From Lytechinus pictus (taxonomy: Eukaryota), in contig NC_087250.1 in NCBI RefSeq assembly GCF_037042905.1, positions 10,480,001 through 10,544,000 of the forward strand: a DNA stretch of 64,000 nucleotides. Direction: 5' to 3'. The notes under the pieces were generated by a model that saw only the letters and a list, made by a program, of their open reading frames with translations, did not search any database and had not been told where the DNA came from. Every line of letters begins with the position of its first letter. Position 1 is the first letter of the stretch. The translations under genes and the position numbers were made by a program. Shown here in pieces: positions 11,825 through 24,619 of this stretch.

Positions 11825-13867
11825 AGTGGCGTAATGAAGCACAAATTTTGAGGGGGCTCGATTTGGCGTATTGCGCAAAATGATAAGAAGTTGCGAGCGA
11901 GCGAGCAAAAATTTTGAAATTTTTATTCAGTACAAAAATCCAAGTTTGTGAAAGATTTTGACATAACTTTTGGAAAATAATATCATATTTTTCACCCTTG
12001 TCCCTTTTCTTTTTTCTTTTTTTCTTGGTCGTGATTTTTTTTTCCGGGGGGAGGGGGGCAAAACGCCCATGTCCTAACAGTTACTTCTTAGCTTTATTCT
12101 TATAAAACAACATAAATGTATAATATTCTCATAAGCCCTATTTAAATAGTGCGAACGCGAAGCGCGAGCTAATTCTTTTTGGAATTTCATGTACTTTGTC
12201 CTGAAAAATAAACATTCTGGGCAATGTTTGTGAACCTGAATAATTACTGCGAGCGCGAAGAGCGAGCAGAAATTTTTAACATGCGTTCTGGCCTGATCGA
12301 AAAGGGACCTGTTAAGGACGTTTTTCAGTTAGTCATTAAGACGATACATATTTCAACGATTAAATTATGCGAGCGCGAACTGAACATTTTTAACATTCCG
12401 ACCTAAAAAATTGCCATTCTAAGCACTTATTGTAATCATTAACGGTATAGGTATATAACCAAACAATTGATGCGAGTGCGAAGCGCGAGCGGCAAAAATG
12501 AGATTTATGACCTAAAGACGGGACACTATATATATTTTGTAAATCATGAAAAAGGATGGGATTTGGTATCTTCCTACATTGATAATGCAAGCGCAGAGCG
12601 CGAGCAGAAAATGTTTGATATTTTTATCAGAAACTGGATAATTTTAGCACGTTTTGAATAAAGATCAAACTGCGTATTTAAATAAACATGCATGCGCGTG
12701 ATTTAGAGTTAGACAGAATCTGCATGGGCATTCTGAATACATTTTATTTTTTTAATCATGACTCGCGAAGCACGAGCTGAAAATATTTGATATTCCGGTA
12801 TGAAAAGGGTAAAATTTAAGCACTGTTTAAAGCACTGTGTAGGGAAATTGAAGTGAAGTGGATGTGGATAGCACACTTTATAAATGATGCGAGCGCGAAG
12901 CGCGAGCTTGTATTTTTATTATAATTTTGACCTAGGACCGGGACATTCTAGGCCTAAGAACGTTTTGTCATATAAAATGATGACTATCTCCCCATTCCTC
13001 TTCCTAAGCGCAATATGAAACTTGTCGATAATCCTTTCTGAAAATCCTCTCTGAAGAATTTAGTTATTGGGAAATCATGAAAATTTTATTATATTTATTA
13101 ATCTGATAAGCCTAATGATTGCATGAAATTGGTTAATGTTGAGGCCTGAAAACTGACTATTTTAAGCACTTTTGTAATGATGAATAGGATTCATGGGTCG
13201 ATATATTTTTAAGAAGTAATGAGAGCGCAAATCGCGAGCCGAAATTTTTGATACAATGTACACTGTTATAAAAGGTGGATTTTAAGTAGTTTGTTATAGA
13301 ATTAGTATAGAATAACTCACCAATCAAAATGCGAGCGCGCAGCGCTAGCTGATTGGCCTTTGTTTTTGACAATCACACCTGAAAAGGGATATTTTGATAA
13401 TCTTATGGAATACAAAAATACAATAGGTGGGCCTACTTGGAAAATCAAATAATGCGAGCGCACAGCGCAAGCATGAAATTGTTGATATTCACACCATAAA
13501 ACGGAATTTTACAGAGCACTTTGAAAAAAATTTGTAAATCAAAGCTCAATGTCCGAGGTGCAGTATGTTTTCTATATTGACTTCAAAACTTGATATTTTA
13601 AGCTTTATATCGACCCGTATTGAGCAAGATTTATATCTCACCGAACAGGCAATGCGAGCGCGAAGCGCGAGCGAAAATTCAATTATTAAAATTATTTTCC
13701 AAGTCTTCCCCTGACTGTATTTTATTCACTCGTCTCCCTCCTCTTTCCTCTTCTTTTTTTCTCCTTTCTTTCCCCTTTTTTTCTTTCTTTCCCCTTTTTT
13801 CATTTTTTTGCTCCTCCAATAGGGGGGGGGGGGGGAGGGGGCCCCTCTCCCCCTGGATCCGCCAATG
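11825..13867 (+). repeat. Element containing a diverged ~110-bp tandem array with conserved GCGAGCGCGAAGCGCGAGC cores
   Basis: Cores at 12151, 12249, 12369, 12472, 12587, 12760, 12889, 13221, 13331, 13454 and 13654. Ends are CAGTGGCG... and ...GGATCCGCCAATG. Confidence 0.7.
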
Positions 13868-14664
13868 TTAAACGAGAATGAAACCTTTGGAACAAGTGGG
13901 CTTGTGTGGAAAGAGAAAAATCAAAGGATAAGATCAAAGAAAATTTGAGAAAAATCGGACAAAATAATGAGAAATTTATGAGCATTTGAATATTGTGATC
14001 CTCCCATTCATTGGCATTGCGTCAGATATGTGTGATGTCACATGTGAACAACTTTCCCTTTGATGGAATATGAAATACCCCCAAAATGTCTCTTTTTGCT
14101 CTTTCTTATGGTGATACAAACTCTTTATCCGTGATATATTCTTTGAAAATCTATATTACAAGCCCTCCTTTAGAAAAAATTCATGATCTACTGATAGATG
14201 TGATAAAAGAGGCATTTTAAGTGAAATAAATACAAAAGCAATGGGAAAGTTGTTCACATTTGATATCACACATCCTTGTCGCATTGCCAATAGGATCTAC
14301 ATTACAAAAGTGATCTAAACACACAAGTTATATTGTTCCAAAGGTTTAATTTTCCTTTAACAACTTAATAAAAATGTGTTTTTATCTGCCTAAACTACAT
14401 GAACTACAAGGAGCTAGACTTGACTATCATTTATGCTATGTTCTGGTTCCTATTATCCTGGCTTTTTTATGTATTCATAACTGAATGGCTGTAAACTTGA
14501 AAAAATATTATTCATTATTATCATTATTTATGTTTTATGTCCTGCGCTTTTCACCAAATGTCCCAAAGCGCTTACATCTTCAAAAATGTCAAATCAAGTA
14601 TAAAATGAACTTTGCAATCTTAAGACTCTCGGACTGGAAAAAAGAAATGTATCAAGTCCCTTTG

Positions 14665-15242
14665 TCAAGGTCAAGTCCACCTAAGATTTTTTTTTTTTTG
14701 AATCAATAGAGAAAAAATCAGACAAGCGTAATGTTGAAAGTTCATAAAAATCAGATGAAAGGCAAAAGCGAAATTTTAAATGTCATAACTTTCTTATTTT
14801 TCATCTGATTTTTGATGCACAATTTAGTCACATGCAAATAGGAGAATCGATGACGTCCCTCACTCACTATTTTTTTTTAATTGTTGTCTGAATTATACAA
14901 TATTTCATTTTTACAGATTTTACAATAAGAACCAACTTGACTGAACCATCAACATGTTAAACAATGGTAATTTCCACATGTTCAGGGAGAAATAAAATTT
15001 GGTTTCATAGATTATTTCATATTTCCAATAAAAGAAACAGTGAGTGAGTGATGTCATCGATTCCCTCATTTGCATATTGACTGGGAAGTGCATATCGTAA
15101 CTTTTTTGTGAAATTAAGCGAAATTTAAATATGTCATAACTTTCTTATTTTACATCCGATTTCGATGAAATCGTCAGCGTAATTGTTAGTTTTTTCTCTT
15201 TTTATTCAAATCAATTTTTGTTGGGGTGGACTTGTCCCATAA
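14665..15242. mobile_element. Kolobok-like MITE (AAGGTCAAGTCCACC...GGTGGACTTGTCC family)
   Basis: Terminal inverted repeats; internal similarity to 17672-18279. Confidence 0.7.
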
Positions 15243-15479
15243 ATAAAAAGAGCGATGGTTACTATATCATATCACTGCATTGGATAATAAATAAATTTAT
15301 TCATTAATCAGAATACATAATGCGGGGGCGGATAACTGTTTAGTGAGATAACACAATCGAATGATTATGATCATAAAAGTTACCGATTTTAAAAACCTCT
15401 TTCGATCTAATCAATGTAATATGATGTTCGTCTGATGTTTAAGATATTTCTTTCCAAAATAATAGGACCCACTCGTATA

Positions 15480-15720
15480 ATAGCCCCCCCCCCCCTTCTT
15501 GACCGTCAGCTGAGCTCATTGGCATTGCATTGAGTGACAGTTGTGGAAACAAACAAAGCGAGTGCCACGCCCCCTCTTTCACCACGTGCATGCTTAACGC
15601 TTCTATAGCATATAATCGTTCGATGTTCTGCGCATGCGGTTTGGCACTCAGCTGATCGATGGTGCGTGTAAATGACAAGACCGTACCCGGACCCCACCAC
15701 GACAGAAGCTCGATAATTTT
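15480..15720 (+). promoter_or_regulatory. Candidate ELOVL promoter
   Basis: CpG-rich segment upstream of the CDS with inverted CCAAT (ATTGG ~15518), CCACGCCCC (Sp/KLF ~15564), CACGTG E-box (~15582) and TGCGCATGCG (NRF1-like ~15629). Confidence 0.5.
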
Positions 15721-16048
15721 ACCACTTATGTGCTGGTCGCTACATCGTCCGACTATTACATGGGCCATTATTCGTCGGGAGCCTTTTGTTCTTTATGAAT
15801 AAAATATCGGAATATTTTCCTCAAGATCAAACGTAAATCAGAGAGCTCTCAGTCGGCAGCCTCGCCTCGTGTCTCGTGAACCATTTCGACGAAAGTACTT
15901 CGACGTTAGAAAAGCCGGCTTAGCTTATTCGTGACATATCGTTCGATAGACGAGGCTCAAGTATAGCTGAGCTGTTTCCATTCTGCCTTATTTTTAGCAT
16001 CAGACTCCTTCATCAACCTATTTTGAACTGGAAAACTGAAACTACAAA

Positions 16049-16978
16049 ATGGCTTCGTGGTTAAGTGATCCCCTGGCAGCTTTGGAGAGCACGTTTGACG
16101 GTTCTTGGATCGACTGGTCGCTGTCTTCGTGGTATATCACTTTCATTTTCTCCGCCATTTATATCATGCTGATATACCCCCTACGAAAATGGATGGAACC
16201 ACAAGAGCCAAAGAAACTCCGTGGACCGCTGGTCGCTTGGAATCTAATTATAGGGATGTTCAGCATTATTGGGACGGCGAGGGTTCTCCCAGATTTCCTC
16301 AAGAACCTCCGCAATGATGGATTTTATGCTAGTTTTTGCGAGAGCAATTACTTTTTGAAAGACCATGTAGGCATTTGGGGGTTCCTGTTCATATTATCGA
16401 AGATCCCCGAGCTAATTGATACCCTATTTATCATCTTACGCAAGCAGAAATTGATATTTCTGCATTGGTATCACCACGCTAGCACCCTCATTTTCGCCTG
16501 GCGAATGTACGCCACACGCAGTTCAGTCGCTTATTGGTTTTGCACTATGAACTATTTCGTCCACAGCCTCATGTACAGCTACTACGCGATCCGCGCTGCG
16601 GGTTTTCGAGTGAACAGAAAAATTGCAATGGTTATAACTTCGCTACAACTTCTGCAAATGTTCGTAGGAATTTATGCTGTGTTGTACGCAGTGCACCAAA
16701 TAGCCAACGGCCACCGCTGCGATACGAAAACCCCAGAGCTGGTATTTGGAGTCGTCATTTACACAAGTTACATGATACTTTTCTCCAAGTTTTTCTACGA
16801 TGCATACATCGGGTCACGGCGTGTACGGCCATCGCGCGATAGCGTAGCAGACGGCAAAAAGGTCGCCGAGGTCAATGCCAATGGATCGAACCATGACGTC
16901 ATGAATGGAAAGGGAGATCACCTAATTTCAAATGGCAATGGACACATGCGGCTTAGAAGTACACAGACCCAACAATAA
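16049..16978 (+). CDS. ELOVL6: Very-long-chain fatty acid elongase, ELOVL6/3-like; CDS intronless, 309 aa
   Basis: ELO-family motifs SKIPELIDTLFIILRK, the histidine box FLHWYHH, MNYFVHSLMYSYY and ITSLQLLQM; multiple TM segments; good start context aaaATGG. Confidence 0.93.
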   Translation: MASWLSDPLAALESTFDGSWIDWSLSSWYITFIFSAIYIMLIYPLRKWMEPQEPKKLRGPLVAWNLIIGMFSIIGTARVLPDFLKNLRNDGFYASFCESNYFLKDHVGIWGFLFILSKIPELIDTLFIILRKQKLIFLHWYHHASTLIFAWRMYATRSSVAYWFCTMNYFVHSLMYSYYAIRAAGFRVNRKIAMVITSLQLLQMFVGIYAVLYAVHQIANGHRCDTKTPELVFGVVIYTSYMILFSKFFYDAYIGSRRVRPSRDSVADGKKVAEVNANGSNHDVMNGKGDHLISNGNGHMRLRSTQTQQ

Positions 16979-17671
16979 TGAAACTGAATGTTTATATTGT
17001 TAAAAGTATAAAATTATAGTTATTTAAGGTATCAAGTACATTAAACAAAAAACAAAAAATGCTGGATGTTTTTAGTTTAAAGCAGGAAAGAAAGATTAAT
17101 TGTGTCTTTGAATTCACCTTTTTTTTTGTGTTGGCCTTGTTTATTTTTGCTTGTTGATTCTTGGTCACAAAGGTTTAATGTTGAATCAATTCTAACTATT
17201 TACTACAGGTCTGTAAGACTTGAAAAGGAGAATAAAAATCCCAATTCGGCCCACTCAAAAGTCGTATTTCATGTGGATTTAAAAAATTGATATAATTGCA
17301 CTTGTAACTTTGTCTTACATTTTTGCAAAGAATCAATGAGTGGTTGACTACCAAATTTCAAAATATCTTGAACAATATTTATTTCAGCTGCATGCTTGCA
17401 CAAAGGTCTGGAAAATATTTTGATATTTAATAACACGCCAAGCCTCAATTCTCAAACATGTCAATTCCTATTTTTGCAAAATGGAACTTCGTTTTTGAGT
17501 TGCGTTTGTATTTTGAAAGCTAGAGCTAGAGTTGTCCTGAAAACTTGTGATTGTCAATGACAATATGTATTTACTAAGTGATGTGTGTGCAGTACACTGT
17601 AACTGCTGATTCCTTTCAAAGCGCACAATCTCTCTCACATAGGCCTACAACTTTTTTGGGGCAAATGCTGT

Positions 17672-18279
17672 TTAAAGGTCAAGTCTGCCAAAGAAACATT
17701 TCGATTTGAATAAATAGAGAAAAATCAAATTAGCATAACGCTGAAAATTTCATCAAAATTTGATGTAAAATAAGAAAGTTATGACATTTTAAAGTTTCGC
17801 TTTAATATTTTTCACAAAACAGTGATATGCACAACTCAGTGACATGCAAATGACACAGTTGATGATGTCCCTCACTATTTCTTTTGTTTTTATTGTTTGA
17901 ATTTTACAATATTTCATTTTTTACAGATTTGACAATAAATGAAACTTGCCTGAACCATATAGTATTAAACAATGCTAATTCAACATGTTCAGGGTAGAAT
18001 CATTGTTTCACTTGACAATGAGGAGAAAATTTGAATATTTCATATTTCAAATGATAAAATTCAAAAGAAAGTGGATGACGTCATAAAGTCTTCTCATTTG
18101 CATACCGACCAGGATGTGCATGTTATAGTGTTATGTGAAGTGAAATTAAGCGAAACTTTAAAATGTCATAACTTTCTTATTTTACGTCTGATTTGGATGA
18201 AATTTTCAGTGTTATGCTTGTTGGATTTTTATCTTTTTATTCAAGACAACTTTTTGTTTGGGATGGCCTTGTCCTTTAA
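17672..18279. mobile_element. TTAA-flanked Kolobok-like MITE in the probable ELOVL 3' UTR
   Basis: TTAA-AGGTCAAG...CTTGTCCT-TTAA with internal inverted blocks. Confidence 0.8.
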
Positions 18280-18586
18280 GTATTCAAAGTCAAACTGCAA
18301 AATTATTGCTGGGAGGTACATTAAACAAGCAAACAATACTTGCTCTTCAAGGAGCCATTTGTCATTGTCAAATTGTTTTTTAGTAGGCCCCATTGTGCGT
18401 TATCACTGTTTGCATACATTGTCTTGGATATTTATTCAGAGATCTATACACACTGAAAATCTTGAACATTGCCATTACAGACATGCATATTTTTAATATC
18501 TGGCGAGTCAAGATGGGGAAGATTTTGCACAGAAAAGCAATGCTGTTTTTACACATGTATAGATCTGGAAAGTGTTCAATTCATCC

Positions 18587-18746
18587 AGGGGAGCGTTTCA
18601 TGAAAGACGTTTTATCCGACAAGTCCTGTTTTATCCGACAGTTACTATAGTAACAATAGTAACAGTGCTTCTCAACCAATCAGAATCCAGGAAAGTTGTC
18701 AGATCTGACAACTTGTCGGACGAAAATATTGATGAAACGCCCCCCT
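18587..18746. mobile_element. Harbinger-like MITE carrying X-box and CCAAT motifs
   Basis: GGGGAGCGTTTCATGAA...GATGAAACGCCCCCC; same family at 49455-49597 and within 59965-60573. Confidence 0.75.
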
Positions 18747-20555
18747 GATCTGAACCAAGTGGCCTAGGCCCATATACCATACAAATATGATGTTTAATGT
18801 GTTTTTTATTAGTAATCAGAAGAGTTGCAGGTATTTGTCATATTCCACATGTTTCATCTTTATAATGTGTATTGTGTGTGAGTTCAAATGCTGTTTGATT
18901 ATTTACCAAGGAAGATGATAATTATTATATATGTTCCTGTGCAAGTTTGTGCATTATTGGGGACATTATATTGTGCATGTTATAATTTGTGCTTATCAAT
19001 AGCAAAGTTCATGCATGGAGGTTTGTGTTATATCCCTATGGCTTATGCTTATATGCTTACATGTAGGTGTAAACCTATTTCAAAGAAAGGGGGGGTCGGT
19101 TAGTGGGGGGGGGGGGGGTATATTTTGCATGAATCGATGCTACTCTGCATGGAACTATGTAGATGGAAACGGGCTCTGATTTATGAAGAATTCACTTTAT
19201 CCAAACGTTTGGATAATATATCGACAGAATAAAATCTGTATGTTTGTTTAATGGTGTGTCTCCACTTCCACAAATGTTCAATCATGCGGAAAATATTGCC
19301 TACAATGTATGTTCATCAAAATATTCTCCATTTACATGTATTCTCCCGTGAGTCAATGTGTGTGTGTCCAACTATGTGATCATGCATTGACGCTGAAACA
19401 CAGTTTGTACTGCTCTATTTCTGTACAATGTACATAAATCTAGCACAGTGTATGTATATGTATCTGTTTTTGTAATGACAAACTATGTGTGGGGCATTTC
19501 GCATTGTAATAATAGATGAATTGCAGTTTGCACTACATGTACTCGTGAGGGGAATGTATAATGTATCATGTATGTATTCATAGTAAAAAGACCTACTGAA
19601 CTCAGATTGCATGTGCAATTATACTGGATGCATTGTTGCGTTTGATAATTATGGAGAAATAAATACTTTGAAGTAGGACGAATGAAGGAATGAAATGCGT
19701 AAATGTTACAGAGCTCTGGATGATGCCATGAAGCATTTACAATGTAGTAAGAAGGCATGGTTACATGTAGGACTTGGGAAAATAAATCACGCTATCAAGG
19801 ATACTGTATAATACATATTCGGTTACTTGGAGTCCATGACACGATACAGATTTTTTTCATTATCATCTGCAAAACCTTGCAAAATGGCTCAAAATGTTCA
19901 TTTGTGTGCATTTCCAATTCCATCATTATTAAATATAAAAAACACCCAAAAATAGTTGTGTGTGTGTTATTAGTCACGTTAAACCTTTTATTGTATCACT
20001 TGGACATGATGAAAATGAATGTTTTCATTTTTCTTTTTTAAGATGAAAGGAAACAAATTAAATTCTGTGTTTCAAAAACGAACAAACAGCCCATGTGCAG
20101 TGTGCACACAATGTCATGGAATTTCGCACATTTTCTTTCAGTAAAATTTTGTGATATTTAACATTGTTAAAGTGATTATATACAAATATTGGTGTAAGTA
20201 TTTGTGCATATATTAGATATAGGTCACAAATATTGAAAGCTTTATTTTAATTCTTGTAGAAGTCACTTCCTCTGTTAGTATTTCTGTTAAAGTGTTATTT
20301 TTAATGCGCAAAAATGAGTCATGTATTTGAATATCTGGTACAGCATGCACTGTACCTAGTATAAGTTGCATATTTAAATGTATTCGTTTGAGTGTTGATT
20401 TCAATGCAAGCAAAATGAGGCTTATTTGAAAGAATAATGAAATCTAATGATTTTCATTTCTTTGTAAATATTTTTGCATTTTTATGTTAACAAAAGCTTG
20501 TGAATTACTGAATTGAACAATTGTGATTGTTTTAGGCGACTAATTCCATATTGTG

Positions 20556-20605
20556 AATAAAATTCACTTTAGTGACATCAATTTAATTCAAGTGTTTGTT
20601 CTTTT
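20556..20605 (+). terminator. Candidate ELOVL polyadenylation signal
   Basis: AATAAA followed ~30 nt later by the GU-rich GTGTTTGTTCTTTT, at the end of a T-rich plus-strand tract. Confidence 0.35.
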
Positions 20606-20737
20606 AAAATCATGGAGCTACATGTACTAACACATGGTTCTTTGGAAAGAAACAAAGCATTTACATGAACAGGTCAAATATCACTTCTGTCACAGGGTCT
20701 GACATTCGACCTCATGGGCGAGTTAGGGGATGGTCAA

Positions 20738-20851
20738 ATGATGGATGAATGAATGGATGGATGGATGAATGAATGGATGGATGAATGAATGGATGGATGA
20801 ATGGATGGATAGATGGATTAAATGGATGGATGAATGAATTGATGGATGGAT
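20738..20851. repeat. (ATGG/ATGA)n microsatellite
   Basis: Direct inspection. Confidence 0.9.
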
Positions 20852-21203
20852 AGCCCCCCTCCCTATGCCAGAATGAGGGAACATGAAGAAAAAAATGGGT
20901 TCCTGTTGGCCTACATAAGGACATACATTTTCATTCGAAGAAGTAAAAGAAAACCACTGGAGGTCGCGAGAAAGACTAAAAAATATTACGCCCCTCCCCA
21001 ACTTTGATCCAAGGTTGTGTCTTTAAAAAAAGGTGCACTTTTGAAAAAAAAACAAAAAACAAACATTATAAGGGAAGGAGTTATGGGAAACTCGTAGACT
21101 AGCCTTGTCCAATATTGTAAAGAATGTATTGAAACTAGATTGCTCATCATCTATTATAATAGGCTTTCATGTTTCTGAGAGGAAAGTCATTAACTTTGAT
21201 TTA

Positions 21204-21751
21204 AGGGATGGTCCGGGCTGAAAATATTGATAGTTATATAAATAGAGTAGAATTCACTGAGCAAATTGCCGAAAATTTCATCAAAATCGGATAACAAATA
21301 ACAAAGTTATTGAATTTTAAAGTTTAGCAATATTTTGTGAAAACAGTCGTCATTAATATTATTTTGTATTTTATCATATTAAAATATAGGTTTATTCAAT
21401 TTTTTTCCTCCAGGAACTAGAAAAATTGGATTGACAACTGATTTAGTGCATTAGATATTTATTGCTGCAACTTATTTCATTATAAGGGAGACATTTATTC
21501 ACGCAAGTATATATGAAATAATGAAAAATTATATGATTTTATGTAACGTAAGAAAATGGAAAGTGGGGATGTGACATCATCATCCCACCTAATGAATATT
21601 CATGACGACTGTTTTCACAAAATATTGCCAAACTTTAAATTTCAATAACTTTATTATTTGTTATCCGATTTTGATGAAATTTTCGGCATGTTGCCCAGTG
21701 AATTCTACGCTATATATCAAGATACACATATTTTTAGCCCAGACCATCCCT
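21204..21751. mobile_element. Kolobok-like MITE with TTAA TSD
   Basis: AGGGATGGTCCGGGCTGAAAA...TTTTAGCCCAGACCATCCCT-TTAA. Confidence 0.8.
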
Positions 21752-22225
21752 TTAAAGCTTACGGGGTTGATGATGATATGAACGAGTAATAATGTATTTA
21801 TGTTTGGCCTTGCTGAGTAAAATCTACTGGTTGTGGGATAGTAATATTGCATCAGTAAACAGGAGTTGCTGTACATAGCAATATAAATTTCCTGGTAGAC
21901 TCAGTGGTAATGAGAGTATTATTAATATAAAAGTAAATGAAGTTATATGTATAAAAGTGAGCAGTGCTCGCCTTACATGCAAAGTTTTCGAACTTTTGCG
22001 GTGTCTTCTAGAAAATATGCTATCCATACTGATAGGCCTATACATAATAAAGCATTTCCCAAGCATTATCTGTTATTAAGAAGTCATTCAAAAGTATGTG
22101 TAGCACTGGCGGATCCAGGGGGGGGGGGGGGCACAACCGGGCCGTGCCCCCCCTTTGAGAGCCACAATCAAATTTACAATGTAAATAATATACCGCTTTT
22201 ACCCAAGTGTGCCCCCCCCCCCTTT

Positions 22226-22257
<32 letters not shown>

Positions 22258-23454
22258 GCTTGTCAAATTTTAATCGGAAAAATGTGCCTTCCCTTTTAGA
22301 AAATCCTGGATCTACCCCTGATTAGTAGCACCCCATTTAGGGCACTGTTGTACGGATGAGGCGGGAAGGGGGCAGGTTCAAACGAGTCACGACAAAGGGG
22401 GAAAAATGATAACGAAAATGAAAGAGAGAAAAAAAAAACAGACAGAACTTGAAAGAAAGAATATGGTGACATATGATATAATTTAATATTGGAATGTTAT
22501 GACAAAAATCTATGACAAAATTTGATTGACAAATGATTTTACAGTGTCAACATATTCGCGCGCTTGCAAATTTTTTTAGGAATCCTCCCTATGCCATGTT
22601 GTACCTTTCAACATTTTTGGAAATTACGCCTCTGATTTAAAGCATCAAAACTGAAATATTTTTTCATCCGTTACAAACAAACACGTAGCATGTTTGTTTT
22701 GTTTCCTTCCATTTGTTAATTTCACCACTCAACAATATAAACATGGCCATACGCAGATTTTCCCTGCCAAGGGGGGGGGGGTGTAAGATGCGGAAAACTT
22801 TTTTGAAGAAACTCGAAAGCAAGGGAGCAAAGCTTTTCATGAGGACGCTTTTGTATTTTCTAATTTATAAGTGAAATTGATTAAGGAATTGTGCACTTAT
22901 TTTTGTGACTTAAAAAAATGTCAGCTTTAAACATTTCTGGGGGTCAACTAGCCCTCCCCCCTGCTGCATACGGCCATGAGAATAAATAATGGTTAAAAAA
23001 AGTCACGCCAGCATTAGATGATCACTAACTTGTATAAAAGGTCAATGCGTCCGATAAAAATAGCACCATATGATTATAGTCGAGCCATATGTATGTCTGG
23101 ATCTGACCATATCTCAGAGAACAAGCTGAAAGGACAAGTCCACCCCAACAAAAAGTTGGCATGAATGTAAAAAGAGAAAAATCAAACAAGCATAACACAG
23201 TGGCGTAACAGGCGGGGGGGGGGGGGGGAGCAGGGGGGCACTGCTGCCCCCCTGGCGGAGTTCACCGGATAAATGGGGGAAAAAACGGGAAAAAGAAAAA
23301 AGAATGGGAGAAAGAAAGAAAGGGAAGGGAAAAGGTGAGAAAAAAGAGGAAAGGGGAAAGGAAAGGGAAAGGGGAAAAGGAAAGGGAAAGGGGAAAAGGA
23401 AAGGGAAAAGAACACTAAGAAAAAATATAAAAAGGGAAAACGGGGAAAAGTAGT

Positions 23455-23665
23455 GAGGCGCGATAGCTCAGTCGGTAGAGAGGGTGTTTCGGATTCCGGT
23501 GACCCGGGTTCGATTCCCAAGTGGTGCGCTACCCGGGTGCGCTAGTGCCCTTTGGTAAGGCATTTATCCTCATTACCAGGTCCCTCGGAGAGGACATTAA
23601 GCCGTTGGTCCCCTGGTTGCTTGCTCACAGGCATTCGTGCTTTCTTAGCAGTCAGGTAAAACAAC
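23455..23665 (+). mobile_element. tRNA-derived SINE (copies at 29821-30025 and a partial copy at ~60350-60520)
   Basis: A box TAGCTCAGTCGG and B box GGTTCGATTCC, followed by the non-tRNA body GTGCCCTTTGGTAAGGCATT shared by all three copies. Confidence 0.85.
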
Positions 23666-23751
23666 CTCGGTATAACAAAAGGAAAGAAAGAAGAACATGT
23701 GAGAAAGAACAATTCTCCCCGATATACTCCCCGAGTTTTGTGACACCCCTG

Positions 23752-24617
23752 GTATAATAATGATAATTATTATTTGATGATAATGATGATTATGATGACG
23801 TTGGTGATGATGATAATGATGATGCTGACGATGGTGATGATAATGGTGGTGCATGGTGATGATGACGTGGTTGAAGTGGTGGTGGGGTGATTGATAGTGA
23901 CGAGTGTCGCAAAAGACTGTCATATCAGACCCTGGTGAGAAAGACTGCATACATGTATGGATCTTTTTTTCCAATAAAAGATTTTTGCAATGCTAAATTC
24001 ATCCACAATATTGTGCAATAAATGGAATTTTGATTTATGGTGATCTATTCGAACGAAAGTTTATATAGGCACCTTAACCCCCCCCAAATGATAATACATC
24101 ACCACCACCACCACCATCATCATCACCACCACCACCACCACCATCATCATCACCACCACCACCACCACCCTTCATCTTTACCACCACCACCACCACCATT
24201 ATCATCACCATCATTATCACCAACGTCACCATCATCATCATCATAATCATCATCACCATCGTCATCGTAATCATCTTCACCATCATCACCACCACCACCA
24301 CCCCCATTATGATCATCATCGTCGTCGTCATTATCATCATCACCACCACCGCCACCACCATCATCATCATCACTACAACTATTACCATCATCATCATCAA
24401 CATCACCACCACCACCACCCCCACCACCACTAGCATCATCATCATCACCATCATCATCACAACCACAATCACCACTATCATCATCATCACCACCACCACC
24501 ACCATCATCACCATCATCACCACCACCACCACCCCCACTATCATCATCATCATCATCGTCGTCGTCATCATCATCATCACCACGACCACCATTCCCATAA
24601 TCACCATCATCTCCATA
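23752..24617. repeat. Compound (ATC/ACC)n and (GAT/GGT)n microsatellites
   Basis: Direct inspection; this is the source of the poly-H/M/D/T ORFs. Confidence 0.95.
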
Positions 24618-24619
24618 AC

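Noticed and set aside
12151..13672. Calling the repeat-spacer array a CRISPR
   Set aside because: Eukaryotic context, no cas genes, degenerate repeats, and ~90-bp spacers that retain mutual similarity.
23455..23530. Possible tRNA genes (also 24620, 29821, 36227)
   Set aside because: A and B boxes are present but there is no clean cloverleaf or T-run terminator; they continue into SINE bodies.
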